Shown: piece by piece, positions 55,756 through 64,000 of the stretch
How the letters are laid out: the number at the start of each line of letters is the position of its first letter
Position numbering within the stretch: the first letter of the stretch is position 1
Assembly: GCA_011391155.1 (NCBI GenBank)
Contig: JAABRA010000331.1
Location: 43 to 64,042, forward strand
DNA length: 64,000 nt
Source of the DNA: Burkholderiales bacterium
GTDB taxonomy: Bacteria; Pseudomonadota; Gammaproteobacteria; Burkholderiales; Burkholderiaceae_C
Direction: 5' to 3'
The notes under the pieces: generated by a model
What the model saw: the letters and a program-made list of their open reading frames with translations, nothing else
Told to the model about the DNA's origin: nothing
Databases searched by the model: none
Made by a program: the position numbers and the translations under genes

Positions 55756-56679
55756 CTACTTCACCCCGAACAGCGTGGCCCCGTTGTCCCAGGCGACCTT
55801 TTTTGCCACATCGGCCGGCAGGTCGCCCAGCCAGGTGCGGTAGCCCTTCATGGTGTCCTCGTAGTACATCCAGCGCTGGTTGACCCAGGTGTCCGAGCCG
55901 ACCATGAAGCGCCCCGGATACTTGAGCATCAGCGCGCGCCACTCCGGGCAGAGTTTTCCCCCGTCGCACGTGAGCCCCGGCCGGTACGACAGTTCGCCCA
56001 TCAGGCCAGGATACTTCGCCAGCAGCGCGTCAACCCGCTCCACCGGCGCGCCGCCGATGCCGGTGTGCGCCCAGATCAGCCGCATCTTCTGGCCTTTCGA
56101 CGGGGTGGCGGCCATCAGCAGGTCGATGGCCGTGTCGTCCACATGCGCCAGCACCACCAGTTGTTTCTCCTCGGCCAGTGCCATGAGTTTTTTCGCGACC
56201 GGGCCGTTGGCGTTGCCACTGTCGTAGAGGTGAAACTCGCCGATGCCGCGGTACGGCCCGGCGGGCGTGCCGCGCGCCAGTTCGGCCTGCACCATCTCGT
56301 AAATGGTCTCGTCACGGAACCAGTTGTCGTAATCGGCCCGGTTGCGGTACAGGCGGATGAAAGGCACGACCGTGACGCCGGCGGCGCGGGTCTCGGCGCG
56401 GGCCTCGGCCAGCGCCCGCGTGCCGTCGTTGGGCCGGGAGTTGGCGACGATGGCCATCACGCCGCTGCGCTGCATGCGCGCCAGAACATCCGGCAGCGGA
56501 TGCGGCCCGGCGCGGCCGTTCCAGGCTTCCTCGTTGTAGTGCAGGTGTGCGTCGAACAGCGGGCCGGCGTAGTCGGCGGCGCTGACCGCCGCACCAGATA
56601 CCGCCAAAACAAGAGCAGACAATGACCGTCCGACGCTGGGATAGTGCCAAAAAAGCTTGAAAAACTCTGGGAAATGCAT
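55756..56679 (-). CDS. amidohydrolase-family metal-dependent hydrolase (secreted?)
   Basis: Matching stretches are [13 protein letters not shown] (an HxH metal motif), [16 protein letters not shown] and FMVGSDTW. The only in-frame ATG (56679) lies inside a copy of the dispersed repeat. Confidence 0.8.
   Translation of the reverse strand: MHFPEFFKLFWHYPSVGRSLSALVLAVSGAAVSAADYAGPLFDAHLHYNEEAWNGRAGPHPLPDVLARMQRSGVMAIVANSRPNDGTRALAEARAETRAAGVTVVPFIRLYRNRADYDNWFRDETIYEMVQAELARGTPAGPYRGIGEFHLYDSGNANGPVAKKLMALAEEKQLVVLAHVDDTAIDLLMAATPSKGQKMRLIWAHTGIGGAPVERVDALLAKYPGLMGELSYRPGLTCDGGKLCPEWRALMLKYPGRFMVGSDTWVNQRWMYYEDTMKGYRTWLGDLPADVAKKVAWDNGATLFGVK
56612..56670 (+). repeat. dispersed intergenic repeat, clear copy overlapping the 5' end of the amidohydrolase ORF
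   Basis: AGAGCAGACAATGACCGTCCGACGCTGGGATAGTGCCAAAAAAGCTTGAAAAACTCTGG. Confidence 0.8.
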
Positions 56680-56806
56680 GATCCGGCCTTTCAACACGTC
56701 AAAACCCGCCGTGCCCCGCGTTGCTGGCAACCCAGACCTGAAGGCTGTGGCCATCCAGGGTTCATGGACTGCCGCGCCTCGCCCGCTATGACACCCTACG
56801 CCGCCC

Positions 56807-57496
56807 TCAACCCAGGTGCAACGCAAAGAAGGCCAACGTGCGCTCCAGTGCCAGGGTGGCGGCGGCTTCGTTGTACGACGCGCGCTGGTCGCAATTGAAA
56901 CCATGATGGCCGGCATAGATCTGCACCTGCACGCCGGGCTGGGCCGCCTGAAAAGCGTGGATCGTCTCCAGCGGAATCCAGCCGTCCTCATCGGCAAAAT
57001 GCGCCAGCACCGGCACCTTCGGCTGGCGGGCGGCTTCGTCTGGCGTGGTCATGCCGCCGCCGTAATAGGGCGCGGCGGCCGCCAGGCCGGACAGCGTGCA
57101 GGCGGCGCGCCAGGTCAGCAGGCCGCCCCAGCAATAGCCGACGATGCCCACCTTGCCACCGCTCGTCGTGCCGGCGTAGTCGATCGCCGCTTGCAGGTCG
57201 ACCATCACGCCGGGCGCGGGCAGCGCCTCGACGGCGGTCTTGTAGCCAAAACCCTCCCCCATGTCGGCCTCGGTGTAGCCCAGATCCACGTCGGCCTTGA
57301 CGCGGGCAAACGTGGCGGGCGCCACCGCCAGGTAGCCGGCGGCCGCATAACCGTCGGCCACGGCGCGGATGTGCGAATTGACGCCAAAGATTTCCTGCAC
57401 CACGACGACGGCGCCTTTGGGCGTGCCGGCGGGTTGCGCCACATAGGCGGGAAAAGTGAAGCCGTCAGCGGCGGTGAGGGTGGTGAATGAACCCAT
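56807..57496 (-). CDS. dienelactone hydrolase family protein
   Basis: Matching stretches are [40 protein letters not shown] (nucleophile Cys) and YAGHHGF. The start is at MGSFTT. Confidence 0.88.
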   Translation of the reverse strand: MGSFTTLTAADGFTFPAYVAQPAGTPKGAVVVVQEIFGVNSHIRAVADGYAAAGYLAVAPATFARVKADVDLGYTEADMGEGFGYKTAVEALPAPGVMVDLQAAIDYAGTTSGGKVGIVGYCWGGLLTWRAACTLSGLAAAAPYYGGGMTTPDEAARQPKVPVLAHFADEDGWIPLETIHAFQAAQPGVQVQIYAGHHGFNCDQRASYNEAAATLALERTLAFFALHLG

Positions 57497-57579
57497 GCGG
57501 TGCTCCTTGAACAAATGCGTTGCGTGGAATTGGGGAGGGGGTCGGGGGAAAACGGCAGGTGGGCGAACGGTGGCCGCGT

Positions 57580-58185
57580 TCAGGCTTTTCCGAGCGTGCG
57601 CTCGACAAAGCCGAGCCGGTCCTGGCCCCAGAAGATCTCGCCGTCGATCACGTAGCTGGGTGCGCCGAACACGCCGGCGTCGATGGCGGCCTGGGTGTTG
57701 GCGTCATAGCGCTCGTGCGCCGCCTGGCTGTGCGACTGTTCCAGCCGCGCTGCGTCCAGGCCCTGCTCGGCCAGCAGTTCCGCCAGCACCTTCTCGTCGT
57801 CGATATGGCGCTCCTGGGCCCACACGGCCGCCAGGATGGCGCCGGTGATCTTCATGGCCGCTTCGGCGCCGTCAAACAGGTCGACGGCAATGATCAGGCG
57901 CGCCGCATCGTCGCCGTTGACCGGAAAGAATTTGGGCTTGAGGTTCAGCGGCGCGTTCAGGAATGTGCTGTAGCGCTGCAGTTCCACCAGCCGGTAGGCC
58001 TGACGCTGCGGCGCGCGCTTGCCCACGGGCAGGCCGCCGGAAATGGGGAACACCTTGCCGCCCAGGTCGATAGGCAGCACGCGCACGGCCGCACCGCTGG
58101 CGCGCAGGATGCCGGCTAAACGCTCGTGGCCGAGGTAGGTCCAGGGACTTTGGGGAGCGAAATAATAGTCAACTGAGCGACTCAT
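57580..58185 (-). CDS. 2-hydroxychromene-2-carboxylate isomerase / DsbA-like thioredoxin-fold protein
   Basis: The start is MSRSVDYYFAPQSPWTYLG. The C-terminal stretch is GVFGAPSYVIDGEIFWGQDRL. Confidence 0.85.
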   Translation of the reverse strand: MSRSVDYYFAPQSPWTYLGHERLAGILRASGAAVRVLPIDLGGKVFPISGGLPVGKRAPQRQAYRLVELQRYSTFLNAPLNLKPKFFPVNGDDAARLIIAVDLFDGAEAAMKITGAILAAVWAQERHIDDEKVLAELLAEQGLDAARLEQSHSQAAHERYDANTQAAIDAGVFGAPSYVIDGEIFWGQDRLGFVERTLGKA

Positions 58186-58328
58186 GGTGTTTCCTGAATA
58201 GTTGGGGACAGAGCAAAGTTCACTACGTGTAACTCTTGGACTGTCCCACAAGATCTCACATACTGTTGTAATTGTGGCGTTGACCCCGTGTTGTAACCGG
58301 GTCGCCGACATTTTGCAGGAGACGGGTC

Positions 58329-59075
58329 TTGAACAAAGTGCTATTGGTTACCGGCGCCAGCCGCGGCATCGGCGCGGCCACGGCTTTGCTGGCGGCGCGC
58401 CAGGGCTGGGCCGTGGCGGTGAACTACGCCGCCAACGCGCTCGCTGCCGACGCGGTGGTGCGTGCCATCCGCGCCGACGGCGGCAATGCCATCACGGTGC
58501 AGGCCGACGTGGCGGACGAGGCGCAGGTGCTGCACATGTTCGAAACCATCGACGCCACGCTCGGCCGGCTGACCGGCCTGGTCAACAACGCCGGAGTGGT
58601 CGACGTGACCGCGCGGCTCGACCAGATGAGCGTGGCGCGCTGGCGCCGCATGTTCGACATCAACGTGATCGGCTCGCTGCTGTGCGCGCGCGAAGCCGTG
58701 CGGCGCATGAGCACACGGCACGGCGGCGCGGGCGGCGCGATCGTCAACCTGTCGAGCGCGGCGTCCCGCCTGGGCGCGCCGGGCCAGTACCTGGACTACG
58801 CGGCGGCCAAGGGCGCCATCGACAGCTTCACCATCGGCCTGGCGAAGGAAGTGGCGGCCGAGGGTATCCGCGTCAACGCGGTGCGTCCGGGGCTGATCGA
58901 GACCGACATCCATGCCTCGGGCGGCCTGCCCGACCGCGTGCGTGACCTGCAGCACCTGGTGCCCATGCAACGCGGCGGCACGGCCGACGAGGTGGCGCAG
59001 GCGATTGTCTGGCTGCTGTCGGATGCGGCCAGCTACACCACGATGAGCCTGCTGGACGTGTCCGGCGGGCGATGA
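58329..59075 (+). CDS. SDR-family oxidoreductase
   Basis: The Rossmann motif is LVTGASRGIGAA, with NNAG also present and the catalytic YxxxK in YAAAKGA. The TTG start is preceded by AGGAG. Confidence 0.9.
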   Translation: MNKVLLVTGASRGIGAATALLAARQGWAVAVNYAANALAADAVVRAIRADGGNAITVQADVADEAQVLHMFETIDATLGRLTGLVNNAGVVDVTARLDQMSVARWRRMFDINVIGSLLCAREAVRRMSTRHGGAGGAIVNLSSAASRLGAPGQYLDYAAAKGAIDSFTIGLAKEVAAEGIRVNAVRPGLIETDIHASGGLPDRVRDLQHLVPMQRGGTADEVAQAIVWLLSDAASYTTMSLLDVSGGR

Positions 59076-59150
59076 GCCGCGTCCTTCTGCGCTTCCCCTT
59101 CTTCCTCCTTCATTTATGCACTCCCATCAGGCCTGCCTGCGCACCCATCC

Positions 59151-59648
59151 ATGACTGAAAAAATCATCAAGCACTACTGGGAAGACATGGCCGTCGGCCA
59201 GACCCGCGACCTGGGCACCGTCACGCCAACGGCCGAAGCAATCATTGCGTTCGCCACCCAGTTCGACCCGCAGCCCTTTCACCTGGACGCCGAAGCCGCG
59301 AAGGACTCGGTGTTCGGCGCGCTGTGCGCCAGCGGCTGGCACACCTGCGCCATGGCGATGCGGTTGATGGTGAACAACTTCCTGTGCGAGGCCTCCAGCC
59401 TGGGCTCGCCGGGCCTGGAAAACATCAAGTGGCTCAAGCCGGTGTTCCCCGGCGACACGCTGCGCCTGAAACACACCGTGATCGAGTCGCGCCCCATGCG
59501 CAAACGCCCTGACGTCGGCCTGGTGCGCACGAAGTGGGACATGGTCAACCAGCATGGCGAGCCGGTGCTGCACATGGAGGGCTGGGGGATGTTCCGGCGC
59601 AGGACGCCGGGCGCGCCTGTCCCGGCTGAACCGGGCGCCCCGGCCTGA
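59151..59648 (+). CDS. MaoC-family (R)-hydratase-fold dehydratase
   Basis: FATQFDPQPFHLDAEAAKDSVFGALCASGWHTCAMAMRLMV is a hot-dog fold hydratase motif. Confidence 0.88.
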   Translation: MTEKIIKHYWEDMAVGQTRDLGTVTPTAEAIIAFATQFDPQPFHLDAEAAKDSVFGALCASGWHTCAMAMRLMVNNFLCEASSLGSPGLENIKWLKPVFPGDTLRLKHTVIESRPMRKRPDVGLVRTKWDMVNQHGEPVLHMEGWGMFRRRTPGAPVPAEPGAPA

Positions 59649-59700
59649 CGGCACAGGGAAACCCGCACAGGCCAGGCGCCGCGCCGTGCGACACTGGCGC

Positions 59701-60333
59701 ATGGACTTCAAACCCCTCATCACCCTGCTGGCCATCGTCAACCCGCTGGCGATCGTGCCGTTCTTCATCCACTACACGCAGGGGTTTTCGCGCGAGCAAC
59801 GCATCCGCACGATCTGGATCTCGTCGTTCAGCGCGTTCGCGGTGATTGCGGTGAGCGCGCTGCTGGGGCTGCAGATTCTGGAGTTTTTCAGCATCTCGCT
59901 GGCGAGCTTCCAGGTCGGCGGCGGCATGCTGCTGATGATCAGCTCGATGAACATGCTCAACGCCCAGCCGGCCGAATCCAAGCCCGCCAGCCACGAGCTG
60001 GAAGACGGCGTGGCCAAGGCCGCCATGGGCGCCAGCATTGCCGTGGTGCCGCTGACCATTCCGCTGCTCACCGGCCCGGCCACCATGTCCACCGTGGTGA
60101 TCTATGCCGACAAGGCCAAGACCTTCTGGCAACTGGCCACACTGGTGGGCTACGGCGCTGTCATTGCGCTGGCCACCGCGCTGAGTTTTGCGCTGGCCGG
60201 CCCGATTGCCCGCGTGCTGGGCAAGACCGGCATCAACGTCATGACCCGCCTGATGGGTCTGATCCTGGCCGCACTGGCCGTGGAGGTGATGGCCGACGGG
60301 CTGCAAAAGCTGTTTCCGGTGCTGGGGCGCTGA
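59701..60333 (+). CDS. MarC-family integral membrane protein
   Basis: The start is MDFKPLITLLAIVNPLAIVPFF. It also has IAVVPLTIPLLTGPATMSTV and six hydrophobic segments. Confidence 0.88.
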   Translation: MDFKPLITLLAIVNPLAIVPFFIHYTQGFSREQRIRTIWISSFSAFAVIAVSALLGLQILEFFSISLASFQVGGGMLLMISSMNMLNAQPAESKPASHELEDGVAKAAMGASIAVVPLTIPLLTGPATMSTVVIYADKAKTFWQLATLVGYGAVIALATALSFALAGPIARVLGKTGINVMTRLMGLILAALAVEVMADGLQKLFPVLGR

Positions 60334-60354
60334 GCGGCCACCCCCGGGGCGAAC

Positions 60355-61041
60355 GTGCCAAGCCTGTTGTTGCTGGAAGACGACCCGGCCATTGCCCGGA
60401 CCGTCATTTATGCGCTGGAGCGTGATGGCTTCACCGTGATGCATTGCCTGCTGCTGGGTGACGCGCGCCGCGCCCTGCAGGCCCGCGCCTTTGACCTGCT
60501 GATGCTGGACGTGGGTCTGCCCGATGGCAGCGGGCTGGACCTGTGCCGCGAAGTCCGGGCGCAGCATCCGACCCCGATCCTGATGCTGAGCGCGCGCAAC
60601 GAGGAAATTGATCGCGTGCTGGGCCTGGAACTGGGCGCCGACGACTACGTGAGCAAGCCCTTCAGCCCGCGCGAGCTGGTGGCGCGCGTGAAGGCGCTGC
60701 TGCGGCGCAGCGCAATGGCGCCCGCGTTGGCCCGCAGTGCGCCGGGCGGGTTTGCGGTGGATGCGCAGGGCCAGCGCATCCTGCTGCACGGTATGCCGCT
60801 GGCGCTGACCCGGCGCGAATTCCGCCTGCTGGGCGCGCTGCTGCGCGGCCCCGGTCGCATTCACACACGCGAGCAACTGCTTGAGGCCGCCTGGGGCGAT
60901 GACAGCGACAGCACCGACCGCACCGTGGACACCCACATCAAGACGCTGCGCGCCAAGCTGCGACAGGCCGACCCGGCGCGCGAAGTGATCGTCACCCATC
61001 GCGGCATGGGTTACAGCATCGAACTGGCGCAAGGGCCATGA
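60355..61041 (+). CDS. creB: OmpR-family response regulator, CreB-like
   Basis: The receiver domain contains LLLLEDDPAI...DLLMLDVGLPDGSG...LSARNEEIDRV.GLELGADDYVSKPF, followed by a winged-helix output domain. The GTG start is used. It lies next to creC and creD. Confidence 0.8.
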   Translation: MPSLLLLEDDPAIARTVIYALERDGFTVMHCLLLGDARRALQARAFDLLMLDVGLPDGSGLDLCREVRAQHPTPILMLSARNEEIDRVLGLELGADDYVSKPFSPRELVARVKALLRRSAMAPALARSAPGGFAVDAQGQRILLHGMPLALTRREFRLLGALLRGPGRIHTREQLLEAAWGDDSDSTDRTVDTHIKTLRAKLRQADPAREVIVTHRGMGYSIELAQGP

Positions 61042-62453
61042 AGCTGGGCATCCGGCTGCTGTTCGTCTTTTTCCTGCTCAACGGGATAGCCGCCTTTTTC
61101 GTGTTGCGGGTGTTCGTGGTCGAGATCAGGCCCAGCGTGCGCGAGGTCATGGAAGACATGATGGTGGACACCGCCAACATCCTGGCCGAACTCGCCAGCG
61201 ACGACCTGGCCGCCGGCCGCCTCGCCGAGGGCCGGTTTGCCACCCATGTGCGCAACTACGCCAGCCGCCCGGTCGATGCGCGGATCTGGGGGCTGGACAA
61301 GCAGTCGCTGGACTTCCGGATCTATGTGACCGATGCCCGGGGTGTCGTGCTGTTTGACTCGGAAAACACCGCCCTGGGGCAGGACTATTCCGGCTGGCGC
61401 GACGTCGCCCGCACGCTGCGCGGCGAGTACGGTGCGCGGGCCACGCGCACGGTGCAGACGGACGACCGCACCTCGGTCATGTATGTAGCCGCCCCGGTGC
61501 TGCGCGACGGCGCGATCCTTGGCGTGCTGACGGTGGCCAAGCCCCAGAGCACGGTGCAGCGCTTCGTGGACCGCGCGGAGCGCAAGGTGCTGCTGGGCGG
61601 CTTGCTGCTGCTGGCGCTGTCGGCCGGGGTGGGCGTGGCCGTCACGCTGTGGGTGGTCTGGAGCATCCGCAAGCTGCGACGTTATGCGCTGGACGTGCAG
61701 GCCGGCCACAAAATCGACGTGCCCCAGGTGTCTGGTGAACTCGGTGAACTGGCGCAGGCCATGGAGGCCATGCGCGCCCGGCTCGAAGGGCGCGACTACA
61801 TCGAGGGTTATGTGCGCGCCCTGACGCATGAACTCAAGAGTCCGGTGGCGGCGATCCGCGGCGCGGCCGAACTGCTGCAGGACGCGCTGCCCGACGCCGA
61901 CCGCGCCATGTTCGCCGGCCAGATCGAGCAGCAGGTGCAGCGCATCCAGCGGCTGATCGACCGCCTGCTGGAACTCAGCAAGCTCGAACAACGCCAGAGC
62001 GTGCTGGCGGCCGCCCCCATCGCCCTGCGCGACTGTGCCGAGGCGGCCATCGCCGAGGCGCAGGCCCGCGCCCGCCAGAAAGACGTGCGCATCACCCTGC
62101 AAGGCGACGGGGCCAGCGGGCCGTTCGAAGCCGCGCTGGTAGCGCTGGCCATCGGCAACCTGCTGGATAACGCCATCGACTTCTCGCACGTCGGCGGCAC
62201 CATCCGGGTTGAACTCGCGGGTAGCCGCATTACCGTGACCGACGCCGGCCCCGGCGTGCCCGACTACGCCCTGCCCCGCCTGGGCGAGCGTTTCTTCTCG
62301 ACACCGCGCCCCAACGGCGAGCGCACCGGATCCGGCCTGGGCCTGGCCATCGTGCGCCAGATCATGGCGCTGCACCACGGCACGCTGCATCTCGCCAACC
62401 TCGACCCCGCCGCCGGGCCGGGGCTGCGCGCGGAACTGGTGTTTCCGGCCTGA
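61038..62453 (+). CDS. creC: sensor histidine kinase, CreC-like
   Basis: It has an N-terminal TM helix and a periplasmic domain (DFRIYVTDARGVVLFDS...GQDYSGWRDV). The H-box is LTHELKSPVAAIRGAAELL, and GSGLGLAIV is present. A 4-nt overlap links it to creB. Confidence 0.8.
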   Translation: MKLGIRLLFVFFLLNGIAAFFVLRVFVVEIRPSVREVMEDMMVDTANILAELASDDLAAGRLAEGRFATHVRNYASRPVDARIWGLDKQSLDFRIYVTDARGVVLFDSENTALGQDYSGWRDVARTLRGEYGARATRTVQTDDRTSVMYVAAPVLRDGAILGVLTVAKPQSTVQRFVDRAERKVLLGGLLLLALSAGVGVAVTLWVVWSIRKLRRYALDVQAGHKIDVPQVSGELGELAQAMEAMRARLEGRDYIEGYVRALTHELKSPVAAIRGAAELLQDALPDADRAMFAGQIEQQVQRIQRLIDRLLELSKLEQRQSVLAAAPIALRDCAEAAIAEAQARARQKDVRITLQGDGASGPFEAALVALAIGNLLDNAIDFSHVGGTIRVELAGSRITVTDAGPGVPDYALPRLGERFFSTPRPNGERTGSGLGLAIVRQIMALHHGTLHLANLDPAAGPGLRAELVFPA

Positions 62454-62498
62454 GGATGTGGCAGGGCACAGCGGGGGACGGTATGCCTTGCCACATCC
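62454..62498 (+). terminator. 10-bp perfect stem-loop immediately after the creC stop (attenuator/terminator candidate)
   Basis: GGATGTGGCA (62454-62463) pairs with TGCCACATCC (62489-62498), leaving a 25-nt loop. TTGTACTT follows. Confidence 0.4.
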
Positions 62499-62583
62499 TT
62501 GTACTTCACACCGGCTTCACACAGCGCATCAAGCCCTCACAGCCGGGCGGGAAACTGGCCTTCCATACATCACGGAGGCTCTC

Positions 62584-63960
62584 TTGAAACACCCGGTATT
62601 CCTCAAAATCATGGCGGTCAGCGGCGTGCTGCTGATGCTTATATTCGGTCTGAACCTGATCGGCGGCATCGTGCGCGACCGCCAGTTTCATCGCGAAGCG
62701 GCCACCCGCAGCGTGGCCCAGAGTCTGGCCGGCAGCCAGACGCTGATCGGCCCGCTGATCCACAGCAGTTGCGTCGAAACCTGGGACGTGGTGACGGGAA
62801 GCGGCACCGGCCAGACCTCCACCGAACAGCGCCGCGAGTTCGCGCTGACGGCCCTGCCCGACGACCTGAACGTGACGGCCGGCGCCGCCATGGAGCCCCG
62901 CGCCCGGGGGCTGCACAAGGTCAACACCTTTGCGCTGAAAGCGAACCTGACGGCGCGCTGGAACGATCTGGCCAGCCTGCAGCCCCAGGCCACGGTGAAA
63001 AACTCGCGCCTGCAGTGCGAGGCGCCGGTGCTGATGGTCGCGGTGGGGGATGCGCGCGGCATCCGCACCGCCCGCCTGCGCCTGGACGGGCAAGACCGAG
63101 CGCTCAAGCCCGGCACCCATCACCGCGCCTACACCCGTGGCGTGCACACCGTGCTGCCGGAGTCCACGCGGCAGCGCAGCGAGCCGTTTTCAGCGGAATT
63201 CCAGATGGAGCTGGCCGGCACCGAGCGCTTCTCGGTGGTGCCGCTGGCCGGCACCACGGCCGCACGGTTCACCAGCACCTGGCCGCACCCTTCGTTTGAC
63301 GGGCGCTTCCTGCCGACCGAGCGCGCCGTGGGCGCCCAGGGCTTTGACGCCGTCTGGCGCCTGTCCGCGCTGGCCACCACCGCGCCGCAGGACATCACCG
63401 CCGGCAAGCCGGTCTGCAGCGAGGGTGCGCCGGAAGAAGGTAGCGCCCAGAAGGGCTGCACCGATGCCTTCGGCGTCAGCTTCATCGACCCGATCAACCC
63501 CTACACCCTGAGCGACCGTGCCACCAAGTACGGCCTGCTCTTCGTCGCGCTGACCTTCGTCGCGGTCGGGCTGTTCGAGTTCATGAAAAACCTGCGCGTC
63601 CACCCGGTGCAATACCTCCTGGTGGGCAGCGCGCTGAGCATCTTCTTCCTGCTGCTGGTGAGCCTGGGCGAGCACCTGCCGTTCAGCCTGGCCTACGGCA
63701 TCGCGGCCACCGCCTGCGTCAGCCTGCTGGCCTACTACGCCAGCCACATGCTGGGCAGCGTGCGCCGCGGCATCCCGTTCGGCATGGGCATCGCCGCGCT
63801 GTATGGCACGCTGTACCTGCTGCTGCAGCTCGAACAAACCGCGCTGGTCATCGGCGCCGTGGCCTTGTTCGTCGTGCTGACGGCGGTGATGGTGCTGACC
63901 CGGCGCGTCGACTGGTACGCGCGGCTGGCGCCCGCTGCGGCACCCACACCGACGCCTTGA
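62584..63960 (+). CDS. creD: inner-membrane protein CreD
   Basis: It is colinear with E. coli CreD: (L)KHPVFLKIMAVSGVLLMLIF versus MLKSPLFWKM. Further matches are SWPHPSF-like TWPHPSFDGRFLP, YTLSDRATKYGLLFVALTFV, HPVQYLLVG and a C-terminal TM bundle. A TTG start is assumed; an ATG lies at 62611. Confidence 0.82.
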   Translation: MKHPVFLKIMAVSGVLLMLIFGLNLIGGIVRDRQFHREAATRSVAQSLAGSQTLIGPLIHSSCVETWDVVTGSGTGQTSTEQRREFALTALPDDLNVTAGAAMEPRARGLHKVNTFALKANLTARWNDLASLQPQATVKNSRLQCEAPVLMVAVGDARGIRTARLRLDGQDRALKPGTHHRAYTRGVHTVLPESTRQRSEPFSAEFQMELAGTERFSVVPLAGTTAARFTSTWPHPSFDGRFLPTERAVGAQGFDAVWRLSALATTAPQDITAGKPVCSEGAPEEGSAQKGCTDAFGVSFIDPINPYTLSDRATKYGLLFVALTFVAVGLFEFMKNLRVHPVQYLLVGSALSIFFLLLVSLGEHLPFSLAYGIAATACVSLLAYYASHMLGSVRRGIPFGMGIAALYGTLYLLLQLEQTALVIGAVALFVVLTAVMVLTRRVDWYARLAPAAAPTPTP

Positions 63961-64000
63961 CGCGCTGTGCGGGCCGTGGCGTCGGTGCCCGCCGGCCTGC

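Noticed and set aside
59545-62390. Minus-strand ORFs 59545-61032 (495 aa) and 61011-62390 (459 aa)
   Set aside because: They are antisense to marC, creB and creC, which have clear family signatures. The composition is typical of shadow frames.

Overview
This is a high-GC chromosomal segment with strong G/C bias at third codon positions. That bias produces many long spurious antisense ORFs in the track. Gene content and synteny (lptD-surA-rsmA, creBCD, ubiT/U/V with ubiX/ubiD, qNor, a glgB-glgX-malQ-glgC-glgA-glgP operon) look like a beta-proteobacterium of the Burkholderiales/Comamonadaceae type. That assignment is inference, since no database search was possible. I support about 58 protein-coding genes, nearly all ordinary core metabolism, envelope and regulatory genes. 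I recognised no rRNA, tRNA, CRISPR array, transposase, integrase or phage gene.

Five things deserve a second look:
1. A dispersed 55-60 bp intergenic repeat family, with at least 7 clear and 4-5 degenerate copies, a conserved core (ATAGC...TGACC...ACGCTGGG...) and a hairpin that keeps its pairing while its sequence changes.
2. A photo-oxidative-stress neighbourhood at 3.5-8.3 kb. Its centre is a photolyase-like protein that appears circularly permuted (FAD domain first, alpha/beta domain last). It is co-transcribed with a DCC-family protein and a small Cys-rich ORF, and lies divergent from a MerR regulator.
3. A three-lipoprotein operon: a glycine-zipper protein, a caspase-fold (C14) protease and a PAP2 acid phosphatase.
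4. An eight-gene same-strand cluster joining the O2-independent ubiquinone genes ubiU/V/T to ubiX/ubiD plus three uncharacterised or redox genes (ferredoxin, DUF2249, DGC).
5. Small decay or oddity signals: an ORF with an in-frame TAG, a PIN-like remnant, an RcnB-like gene lacking a signal peptide, missing pdxA and murU, and an orphan terminator-bounded unit.

Coordinates of CDS include the stop codon. Starts were chosen by homology-style reasoning and Shine-Dalgarno inspection, and several are uncertain.
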